A DNA stretch of 32,000 nucleotides from Promethearchaeum syntrophicum. GTDB taxonomy: Archaea; Asgardarchaeota; Lokiarchaeia; Sigyniarchaeales; Promethearchaeaceae. A model generated the notes under the pieces. It was given only the letters and a program-made list of their open reading frames with translations. It had not been told where the DNA came from and ran no database searches. The stretch is taken from assembly GCF_008000775.2 (NCBI RefSeq), contig NZ_CP042905.2:3090001-3122000 (forward strand). Reading direction: 5' to 3'. The translations under genes and the position numbers were made by a program. Positions 15,207 through 23,214 of this stretch are shown here, in pieces; positions within the stretch are counted from its first letter, which is position 1, and every line of letters begins with the position of its first letter.

Positions 15207-18137
15207 CTATTTTTTCTTTGTTCCAATTAATTCATTGACAATTTTGCGAATATCTTTAATTTTCAACATTGTTTGAGCAGGAATTTTCACAGATCTTCCG
15301 ATTTTTTGAATTGAAAAGAGAGAATTAATCATTGATTCCAAATAATCAATGATATCACCTGTGAAAATCTTGATCTCATATTCCTCTTCTAATTCTAACA
15401 CGATTTCGGTAACAGATAATCCAGATAATCGATAATCAACAATAAATCTCTCAATGTTATTCTTCCCACATTCACAATATGGTTTATCTTTGCAAGTGCA
15501 ATTGAAGATATCTTCAGACCACCTAATAATCACACCATACAACCGACGGCTTACATGTGCTCTTTTCTTTTTCCCCAAATGCTCAGCATTAACCATAGAA
15601 AGAACTGAACTTGAAAATAGGTTATTAGATTTTACTTGTTGGTTTCCTTTAATACTTAACTCAGATAATATTCGATTTGTAACGTAAACATTATTAAAAG
15701 TATCTAAAGATTGTGCTAATTCTATCATGTCTGGAGCAGGAAGTTCTTCTGAAACAGGTGTTATTAGAGATTTTCGAATTTTAATTGCAGTTTTCAAACT
15801 GAAAAACGATTCCGCTACAGCTTTTCCAAAACGAGTTGCTCGCGCTACCGATTTATTTCTGATTATTTCGATAAATTTATTTTTCCTTAGGTAGATTAAA
15901 GCTTGATCTAAATCGAATTCTCCATTGTATAACATTGAATGGTAATATTCTAATTCAGTTTTCAAAATACCACTATTGTTTTCACTTTTTGATGAATACA
16001 TTGCAATTACTGCTAAAATTTCTGAATATTGTGCGCCTTCATTTGGATTTAATTTTAAAGGTTCAATTTTTCCTTTTAATAAACGAACGGCTAATTGATC
16101 TTCAGTATCACTTTGAGACCCAGCACTTACTTTACCCGGATTTACGAGCATGTAGACTTTACCCAAATCATGCTTTTTTAAACGTCCGGCGCGACCGCTC
16201 ATTTGTTCAAAATCTGCAACAGTTAATTCTTGGATACCCATTGACAGATTATAAAATATGACCATACTTGCCGGAAAATCAACACCCGCGGCCAATGCAG
16301 CAGTAGTTATAACGCAAGATATTTTTTGCTTTTCAAAGCTTTTTTCAACGTATTTCCTCTGAGAATGATCCAAACCACCATGATATGCGAGAGATTGTAT
16401 GTGATTTTCTCGCAGATATTCAGCTAATCTTTCTGTATTCTTCCTAGAATTGGTAAATACTATTGATTGTCCGCGAAAACCATAGGATGATTTAATTTTG
16501 AATTCAGATCGAACAAGATTTCTCATATTTTTAAGTTTTGCACCATCTTCAATACACATCACAAGGTGCTGTTCAATTGGTACGGGTCGATCTGTATAAT
16601 TAATTAAAGTTGCTCTTAAATGGGAGGATAACCCTTTAGGATCTGAAATTGTGGCACTTAAATACAACATTTGGGCTTTTGGCAAATATAAACGCAACCT
16701 TCCTATCAAACCATCTAATATTGAACCCCGTTCGGTATCTGATAACATTTGAATTTCGTCAATAACTATCGTTCTCACATCTTTTAAGAGATAAGGTCGA
16801 CCACTTCTTAGAATTATATCAATAGCTTCGTACGTTCCAACAATAATATCAGCATTTTGAAATTTACCTGATTCTTTAATAGATCTTTTTCGTTTTGAAA
16901 TATGTGAAATTCCAACTTTGAGAACAGAATTAATCCCAATTTTTTTAAATTCTTTGTACTCTCGATTTCTCATATTAGCCAGAGCAACAATAGGAACAAT
17001 ATAAAGCATTTTAGATTTTGATTGAGTCTTCCCTAATTGTATTATATATTCATTTTGACTATTTGATAAATTCTGGAGATCATCAGTACTCTTGAAAGTA
17101 GAAGATGATTTGTTTTTTTTGGCAATAATTGCCATTTTGTTATTTAAAATTTTAGATATTCCTGTTAATTCCCCGATCATGGTTTTTCCAGATGAAGTTG
17201 CAGAAACTACAAGTTCATCTTGATTCTCCAACAATCCATGTTCTAATGCCATTATTTGAGCGGGTAGCAATTGTTCTTTATTTTGTTTCTTATAATAAAT
17301 TTTAAGGAGATCAGGAAGATTGAAATCATATATTGTTTGTTTTTTCAGGTATTCATCCTTTTTCTTAACTCTCTTTTTTTTAATGCTGACTAGAGTTGCT
17401 TCGCGATGTTCTAAGATATTAAAATTTGGCCCAAAAACATTTAGAACTTTTACGACATCATTATATTTGTTCAATAAATCTCTTAAATACATCTTAATAG
17501 CGGGACTAATTTTCATAGTTTTTTTTAAAGTTCTAATAATTTCTTTTCCGGCACAGCTTTTACAAACATAAAATGCATGATTTTTGTATCTGGTTTTTTC
17601 ATCAATAAGAGTATGTTTTTTCTCTTGTTTGCACGAATGACAAAACAAGAAGTTTCGGATATTTTTATACTGGATAGAATTACAATATTCATAAAGTGGC
17701 TCTAATTTTTTTAAATAATCCAGCATCTGTAATTTTTGAACCGAATGAGTTTCTGTTTCAACTATTTGATACTTATCAAGTTCATAACCTTGAGGGATAT
17801 TAAGATGATTCCCAATTACTACAAATTTTGCATTTAGGATAAATAGCCTAAAGGTTGTAGGATCCACATTTACATTGATATTTTCTTGAGAACTTTGATT
17901 TTGTTTAGTTTTCCAAAATTTAAACGGAATTAAATTACCTTTTTGAGGATCTTCTTCTAATAAAATAAGCCCAATGAAAAATGGTGTCTCGCGGTATCGA
18001 ATTTCATTATAAAAAGTATCATCCTTTGTCAATTCAAAGCAAGCAACATCAAAATAGGGCTTATTAGGATGATCTTCATCCTTATCCATTATTATGAAAT
18101 AATTTTTGCGTTGTAAAAATAATTTTGTGCTGCTCAT
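15207..18137 (-). CDS. Ski2-like SF2 (DExH-type) helicase with an N-terminal extension and four-Cys zinc ribbon (ASH-Ski2/Eta-like architecture)
   Basis: Helicase motifs: I ATSSGKT, Ia PIVALANM, II VIDEIQML, III SAT, V TTAALAAGVDFPA, VI QMSGRAGR. There is CxxC-N22-CxxC at residues 166-195 and CxCx5CxC at residues 880-890. Confidence 0.85.
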   Translation of the reverse strand: MSSTKLFLQRKNYFIIMDKDEDHPNKPYFDVACFELTKDDTFYNEIRYRETPFFIGLILLEEDPQKGNLIPFKFWKTKQNQSSQENINVNVDPTTFRLFILNAKFVVIGNHLNIPQGYELDKYQIVETETHSVQKLQMLDYLKKLEPLYEYCNSIQYKNIRNFLFCHSCKQEKKHTLIDEKTRYKNHAFYVCKSCAGKEIIRTLKKTMKISPAIKMYLRDLLNKYNDVVKVLNVFGPNFNILEHREATLVSIKKKRVKKKDEYLKKQTIYDFNLPDLLKIYYKKQNKEQLLPAQIMALEHGLLENQDELVVSATSSGKTMIGELTGISKILNNKMAIIAKKNKSSSTFKSTDDLQNLSNSQNEYIIQLGKTQSKSKMLYIVPIVALANMRNREYKEFKKIGINSVLKVGISHISKRKRSIKESGKFQNADIIVGTYEAIDIILRSGRPYLLKDVRTIVIDEIQMLSDTERGSILDGLIGRLRLYLPKAQMLYLSATISDPKGLSSHLRATLINYTDRPVPIEQHLVMCIEDGAKLKNMRNLVRSEFKIKSSYGFRGQSIVFTNSRKNTERLAEYLRENHIQSLAYHGGLDHSQRKYVEKSFEKQKISCVITTAALAAGVDFPASMVIFYNLSMGIQELTVADFEQMSGRAGRLKKHDLGKVYMLVNPGKVSAGSQSDTEDQLAVRLLKGKIEPLKLNPNEGAQYSEILAVIAMYSSKSENNSGILKTELEYYHSMLYNGEFDLDQALIYLRKNKFIEIIRNKSVARATRFGKAVAESFFSLKTAIKIRKSLITPVSEELPAPDMIELAQSLDTFNNVYVTNRILSELSIKGNQQVKSNNLFSSSVLSMVNAEHLGKKKRAHVSRRLYGVIIRWSEDIFNCTCKDKPYCECGKNNIERFIVDYRLSGLSVTEIVLELEEEYEIKIFTGDIIDYLESMINSLFSIQKIGRSVKIPAQTMLKIKDIRKIVNELIGTKKK

Positions 18138-18199
18138 TTATCTAATTATATAATGCAGAATTTTATTTCATTTTTTTCCCTAGGAGGGAATTTTCAATT

Positions 18200-18212
18200 A
18201 AAAAAAAAAAAA
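18200..18212 (-). terminator. T13 run (on the minus strand) immediately after the MFS gene stop, followed by a TTCCCT/AGGGAA hairpin (18176-18190)
   Basis: A13 on the plus strand directly abuts the TAA at 18213-18215. A 6-bp stem with a 3-nt loop lies further downstream. Confidence 0.45.
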
Positions 18213-19583
18213 TTAGTCCTTCTTTTCCCATTCAAAATCTAATTTAACGAAAAATTTGGTGAATATTATAGCTAGAATTAAGAAGAATGTACAAACGGGC
18301 CCCCATAATACCATAGCCCATGGAATCTCATTTGTTCCAACCATAACATCAGGTAGATATTCAAATAGTAGCCCTAGAATGAATGTACCTAAAGCTTGTA
18401 GTAAATTCAGAACAATACTTGGAAATCCAGTATAAATTCCTGCCTTCATGACATTTGTACGCCTTTGATCATCCTCAGCCAAATCAGCATACATAATATA
18501 AGGGAATAAATACCACCCACCCATCACTCCAGCTAAACCAAGTACAAAAATCGCTGCAAAAAACACAGGGTTTGTCCAATTTATAAGTCCGAGCAAGGAG
18601 ATTGGCATAAAAATTGCCCCAGCTAAAAATACATAGATAATCGATCTTTTTTTCCCATTTTTCTTAATTATTTTTCTCCAAATTGCTAAAAAGACAATCA
18701 TTCCAATTATTAAAGTAGCAGCCATTATGATGTATTCCATTGTACCCAAAAATAGTACTTCTTCAAGAAATGTTAACATGACTGTACCGACTATTACCCA
18801 ACCAACTGATGCGATTCCAGCCATTAGAGTAACAGATAAATAGTTCCAATTTGATAATATTACTTTTAAATTCTTTATCATATTTGGTTTTTCGATCGGT
18901 TTGGGTTCTACCGGCATTAAAATTGCACTTATGTAGAAACTAGCTATAAATATAAAACCGAAAATTATGCATGTCCAAAATAATTCTGGAGGAACAATTT
19001 CTGGATACTCTTCCAATTCGTCTGTTAATCCTGTTAAAATAATCATTGAAAAGAGTGTTTGCGAAGCTTGACCAATAAAATTAAAGATATTTTGGATTTG
19101 TGAACATTTTGGTCGATCTTCAACAGAGAATGCAGTTGCCATAAACGCTTGGTAGGGTGTGGTCACAGCATAAGAGATTTGAAATAATGTATTCCAAACA
19201 CCTAACCATATCAATAAAGTTGTATCCTCTGCATCTTTTAGAACTAATCCCGGCATTAGGAGAAAAATAAAAGAAATTACTAGAATTGGGGCCAAAATCA
19301 AGACATAGGGCTTTTTTCCTCCGAGTTTTTTTAAATAAGTAACATCGCTTAACCATCCAAATAAAAATTGAGATATTGCAATAGCAATATATCCAATACT
19401 TATAATGAAAGAGACTCTGGCTTCATCAAGACCGTATCCACTTGTGTAAAGCAAAAATAATGCGTATCCGACTACTCCTAGAAGAAGTGAAGATCCAATT
19501 CTAGGAAAGGCAAAAAGTATCATCTTACCTGTAGATGATGACTTCATAACAAAATCAGAATTTTCTGGATTATTATCTTCCAT
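18213..19583 (-). CDS. MFS-type transporter (GPH/MelB-like cation symporter family)
   Basis: About 12 TM helices. FLFGWLSDVTYLKKLGGKKPYVL resembles the GPH loop motif G-x-x-S-D-x-T-x-x-x-G-R-R-R-P. Confidence 0.8.
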   Translation of the reverse strand: MEDNNPENSDFVMKSSSTGKMILFAFPRIGSSLLLGVVGYALFLLYTSGYGLDEARVSFIISIGYIAIAISQFLFGWLSDVTYLKKLGGKKPYVLILAPILVISFIFLLMPGLVLKDAEDTTLLIWLGVWNTLFQISYAVTTPYQAFMATAFSVEDRPKCSQIQNIFNFIGQASQTLFSMIILTGLTDELEEYPEIVPPELFWTCIIFGFIFIASFYISAILMPVEPKPIEKPNMIKNLKVILSNWNYLSVTLMAGIASVGWVIVGTVMLTFLEEVLFLGTMEYIIMAATLIIGMIVFLAIWRKIIKKNGKKRSIIYVFLAGAIFMPISLLGLINWTNPVFFAAIFVLGLAGVMGGWYLFPYIMYADLAEDDQRRTNVMKAGIYTGFPSIVLNLLQALGTFILGLLFEYLPDVMVGTNEIPWAMVLWGPVCTFFLILAIIFTKFFVKLDFEWEKKD

Positions 19584-19663
19584 ATTTTCATATTTTCATG
19601 ATGATCTATATTATTGTTTCGAATGATTCGATTCGATAATTTTTTAATGCCTTAGCAAAAAGT

Positions 19664-21109
19664 ATGTTTATGAGACCATTCATTGATGGTGTATTTAGTA
19701 TGATATTCCCAGTGGGATTTCTAACGATTTACATAAACATTTATATTTTTATGACCATGTTAGCATTTTGCATAATACAGAAAGTCCTATGTAATGATGA
19801 AACAAGCCAAAAAGAGTTTTCTCTTAATCTTGGTTGGAAATCATTTTTATTCTTTTTATTATCAGGATTTTTTTATCCTATTTTGATGATAATATATGCA
19901 AGTCTAATATTTTTAATCGGATTCTTTGACATTGCTCAATCGATTAAAAATTCAACTCCTTTTAAGAAATATTTGAAAATCATATTATTAATTATTTTTA
20001 GTTTAGCCTATATTGCACAATATGGTCTTTGGGGATTGTTATTCTTTAGGTATTCTAAAACCCAAGCTCTTGTGTTCCTTGTGGGATTAACTATAGGAAT
20101 ACTATTTTTTATCGAACAAAAAATTAAAAAAATGAATTTACTGATAAAAATTCAAGAAATAATACCCCGAATTACAAAACAATTAAAAATTGTTGCAGTT
20201 ATTTTACCAATCATCAGTGCAAGCATTTTTTTCCCTATTCTTTTTATCAGGCCTCATGATATTCCAGATTCAAATGCTAGTGGTACGTTTTCATTGAGAA
20301 TCATGAGCTATAATATCAGGAATGCAGGAAGTTCGGAGAGAAATCCTGCAGATGCATGGCCTATGAGAAAGGAATTCATTGCAGATTATATTGAAACATT
20401 TGATCTTGATATATTTGGTGTTCAAGAGGCATATTTAAAACAATTAAAATATATTCAAAAAAAAACAGAGAATAGAGAATATGATTACATTGGAATAGGG
20501 AGAGATGATGGAACTTTTGGTGGAGAAATTGAAGCAATTTTTTATGACACAGCAAAATTTGAATATATTGACAGTGATACATTCTGGCTTTCAGATACTC
20601 CAATGATCCCTTCCAGGAATTGGGATAAAAATAATTATCGTTCTTGCACGTGGGTCAGGTTTGAAGATCGAAATACAAATATACAATTCTTTGTGTTTAA
20701 TACTCATTATTCTGCAAAACAATGTGAAGCAGTACCATGTGTTCATGAAAAAGCATCGGTTTTAATTAATGAAAAAATATCTGAATTAACTGGAGATTTC
20801 CCAACGATTTTAATGGGAGATTTTAATATGCAAAACACAAGTTTAGCGTTTAGTTATCTAGAGGAATACGGTGATAAACATATGCATGATTCATTTAAAG
20901 AATTTCATAATGGAACAGTCCCATTTGATTATACTACAAATGAATTTCAGCCATTTAGTCCTGAATTAGATAAAAAAAAAATTGATTATATTTTTCTTTC
21001 TTCTTCAATCGTAGCAGATTTTGTTGAAATTCCAAAGGATATCTACGGAGATGATCAAACTTATAGTGATCATTATCCTGTGCTAGCAACAATTACAATA
21101 AATGCATAA
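19664..21109 (+). CDS. polytopic membrane domain fused to an endonuclease/exonuclease/phosphatase (EEP) family domain
   Basis: The N-terminal 195 aa or so contain about 5 TM helices. The C-terminal part carries EEP motifs: LRIMSYNIRN, FGVQEA, FNTHY, GDFN, SDHYPV. Confidence 0.8.
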   Translation: MFMRPFIDGVFSMIFPVGFLTIYINIYIFMTMLAFCIIQKVLCNDETSQKEFSLNLGWKSFLFFLLSGFFYPILMIIYASLIFLIGFFDIAQSIKNSTPFKKYLKIILLIIFSLAYIAQYGLWGLLFFRYSKTQALVFLVGLTIGILFFIEQKIKKMNLLIKIQEIIPRITKQLKIVAVILPIISASIFFPILFIRPHDIPDSNASGTFSLRIMSYNIRNAGSSERNPADAWPMRKEFIADYIETFDLDIFGVQEAYLKQLKYIQKKTENREYDYIGIGRDDGTFGGEIEAIFYDTAKFEYIDSDTFWLSDTPMIPSRNWDKNNYRSCTWVRFEDRNTNIQFFVFNTHYSAKQCEAVPCVHEKASVLINEKISELTGDFPTILMGDFNMQNTSLAFSYLEEYGDKHMHDSFKEFHNGTVPFDYTTNEFQPFSPELDKKKIDYIFLSSSIVADFVEIPKDIYGDDQTYSDHYPVLATITINA

Positions 21110-21142
21110 AAATCCTTTTTTATTCTTTTCTTTTTCTTGGAT

Positions 21143-21481
21143 TTATTCATAAGGTGTTTCAAAAGCAGAATTTTTTAATTCTAATTTTTCATTCTTTGAA
21201 TAAGGGTTTAAATCTATTAAGATTTTGTCTGGAATAGCTCCATCACTCATCGATTGTTTTTCAATCCAAATTCCACATGGTAGTTTAGCAGTTCCCATTG
21301 GAAAAACTTCATCCAAATTGAGATCCTTTTTCGCTTTGTCAAGTTCTGTTAATTCAACAGACACCATCCCTCCACAGCAAGTAGTATCCACGATGGTTAT
21401 AGCAAAAATCCCTTGAAATTCATCTTTTCCTTTTTTTAAAATATAATCCAAAGCTTTTGGACTAACTTCAAGTTCGTACAT
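21143..21481 (-). CDS. small CC-motif protein (HesB/IscA-like or CC/Se-motif-family-like; uncertain)
   Basis: 112 aa with an N-terminal ELEVSPKALDYILKKG, then ITIVDTTCCGGMVSVEL. The family assignment is from memory only. Confidence 0.5.
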   Translation of the reverse strand: MYELEVSPKALDYILKKGKDEFQGIFAITIVDTTCCGGMVSVELTELDKAKKDLNLDEVFPMGTAKLPCGIWIEKQSMSDGAIPDKILIDLNPYSKNEKLELKNSAFETPYE

Positions 21482-21594
21482 TTATATTTTTCACCTATTT
21501 TTGAAAATTCTGAGAATGATAAAGAAGATAAAAAAGTAATACAATAAGTTTTGATAAATATTTAATTAGAGTTTATTCTACAAAGTATTACTTC

Positions 21595-21747
21595 TCAAAA
21601 TCCGAATGCAGTTTTAATATCCTTATAAACTTGAGCAATTTGAGAAAGTTTTGCTTCATCATTCATTGCAGATTCTATCCAACCCGCTAAACCACCATCT
21701 TTTACCCAATTCAAGAATATATCAACAGTTTGTCTATCTTCACTCAT
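21595..21747 (-). CDS. possible 50-aa small protein
   Basis: Hand-translated: MSEDRQTVDIFLNWVKDGGLAGWIESAMNDEAKLSQIAQVYKDIKTAFGF followed by TGA. The composition is protein-like, but there is no homology call. Confidence 0.3.
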   Translation of the reverse strand: MSEDRQTVDIFLNWVKDGGLAGWIESAMNDEAKLSQIAQVYKDIKTAFGF

Positions 21748-21891
21748 ATTATTCACATTTTTTACTATTTAAATTCCTTAAATTTGCCTTTTCCTAAAAA
21801 TCTTAAGATTTTTTATGTCTAGGAAAAACACAGATTAAAGACTCAAATTGTTCTATTTCCATTATGACTTTAAATTAACAAGAAGTTAAAG

Positions 21892-21925
21892 TAAAAAAAA
21901 AGACACCTTCATTCGATAAGGTGTC
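21892..21925 (-). terminator. intrinsic-terminator-like hairpin (GACACCTT/AAGGTGTC, 8-nt loop) followed by T9 on the minus strand
   Basis: A perfect 8-bp inverted repeat at 21902-21909/21918-21925 is followed, in minus orientation, by T9 (21892-21900). It lies about 130 nt downstream of the cupin gene stop. Confidence 0.45.
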
Positions 21926-21927
21926 AT

Positions 21928-22006
21928 ATTTGCAAATTTACTAGTTATATCGATAAGGGTTTAATGGGGGGGTTTTGTTCCAGTAACCATTTAATCATTT
22001 GCAAAT
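21928..22006. repeat. two copies of the perfect 10-bp palindrome ATTTGCAAAT (21928-21937 and 21997-22006)
   Basis: Read directly from the sequence. The copies are 69 bp apart centre to centre. Confidence 0.5.
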
Positions 22007-22055
22007 TTTTTACCCCGATTTAATTTTATGAAATTAATAGTATTTAAATGTTACT

Positions 22056-22400
22056 TTAAAGTACTTTTGTTTCACTTTCGGGAGTTGGTGTTTTTATAAC
22101 CAAAAATTTAAAATTTGCTTTAGAATTTTCAGAATTAAAAAGTCGGTGTACAATTTTAGCAGGACTGAAGATCAAATCATCTTTTTTAACTTTTTTAATC
22201 TCATCACCTATTTCAACGCTTCCATTTCCTTCTATGACGTAAAAACAAGCGTCAACAGGAGTTATATGCTTTTTTAATGATTCTCCTGGTTTCAATTCAA
22301 TATGGACAATAGAAGCATGTTCAAATGATAACATTTTTCGCACCAGAACTTTATGAGGAGTATCAGCAGATTTTACACTTTCGAGTTCAATTATTTTCAT
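22056..22400 (-). CDS. cupin-domain protein
   Basis: 114 aa. G-x5-H-x-H-like region (LKPGESLKKHITPVD), then GNGSVEIGDE...GDLIFSPAKIVHRLFN, which is the cupin_2 pattern. Confidence 0.75.
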   Translation of the reverse strand: MKIIELESVKSADTPHKVLVRKMLSFEHASIVHIELKPGESLKKHITPVDACFYVIEGNGSVEIGDEIKKVKKDDLIFSPAKIVHRLFNSENSKANFKFLVIKTPTPESETKVL

Positions 22401-22711
22401 AATTTTTTTTTTGATTTAAAAATAAAAAGCTTTTCCACTATTTTTTATATTCATTCTTCTAAATCTCTTTCTGTTTTATAGGAAAATAAATTTTCATCCA
22501 ATGAAGATTTCGTTCACAAAAGTAATAAAAAGCCTAGGATTTACTCCCATATATTAGGATTTCACTCTTTAAGAGTAAATTATTTCTGTATTCAGTTTAA
22601 AAACCAATTTTTCCATAATTATTACGTTTAAGTCATTCGAAAGTTATAAATATTATAAATGTCCTATTATAGTTTACCTTTTTCTATTTTTGGAAAGAGG
22701 AGGATTAAATT

Positions 22712-23170
22712 ATGAGATTAAAAATCTTAAAAGTATTAATTATAGGTCTAATTATTATGGGAATGCATAATATTCCTTTGGTTCAAGCGGGAAAGCCCCA
22801 AAATGTGATAGATGGGCTATATGGGCATCGGATAAAGGTATGGGATGAGAGTACATGGGAATTTTCTGAAGATGAGCCTACCTATATTTTATATGGATGG
22901 GCTTATTTAGAAGAGGAATGGAAAGTTTTCCCAATGCCTATTAAACTTAATGTAAGATGTGAAGAAATTGAGTTCAAAGTCAAACGTTTTACTCGTCAGA
23001 ATGATATTGAGGGGGCTGTCAGTCCGACTTTTTATTTCTATGTCTTGTTTGATCCTTATACATTTAGCGTTGGGGAACATTTTTTAGAAACTTATTACAT
23101 GTTTCATGGAGAGTGTATGCTTGATTTTTCTCATCATATTAATGTTCTTCCCGCTTCTGGGATCTTGTAA
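22712..23170 (+). CDS. secreted hypothetical protein
   Basis: There is a strong GGAGGA Shine-Dalgarno motif 7-8 nt upstream. The N-terminus is a signal-like segment (MRLKILKVLIIGLIIMGMHNIPLVQAG). No known domain was recognised. Confidence 0.55.
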   Translation: MRLKILKVLIIGLIIMGMHNIPLVQAGKPQNVIDGLYGHRIKVWDESTWEFSEDEPTYILYGWAYLEEEWKVFPMPIKLNVRCEEIEFKVKRFTRQNDIEGAVSPTFYFYVLFDPYTFSVGEHFLETYYMFHGECMLDFSHHINVLPASGIL

Positions 23171-23214
23171 AAATTTGGAGAATGTTAATCTCTTTTTTTT
23201 TCTCTTTTTTTATT

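Noticed and set aside
15454-17571. Plus-strand ORFs 15454-15687, 15935-16261 and 17320-17571
   Set aside because: They are antisense to the helicase gene, whose SF2 motifs are all in the minus-strand frame.
19120-19356. 78-codon alternative-frame ORF inside the MFS gene
   Set aside because: It is nested in the 456-aa transporter ORF, and its product is not membrane-like.
19598-19604. C-box-like ATGATGA in the MFS/EEP divergent spacer, as a possible C/D-box sRNA
   Set aside because: There is no CTGA D box within the following 80 nt or so, and no terminal stem.
20376-21416. Antisense ORFs 20376-20603 (inside the EEP gene) and 21225-21416 (inside the CC-motif gene)
   Set aside because: They are opposite better-supported ORFs and have no motifs.
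21966-21984. G7 run followed by GTTCCAGT, reminiscent of the archaeal origin-recognition-box dyad plus G-string
   Set aside because: There is only a single copy. Only half of the GTTCCAGTGGAAAC dyad is present, and the G-string is on the wrong side of the dyad relative to canonical ORB elements. No orc1/cdc6 gene is nearby.
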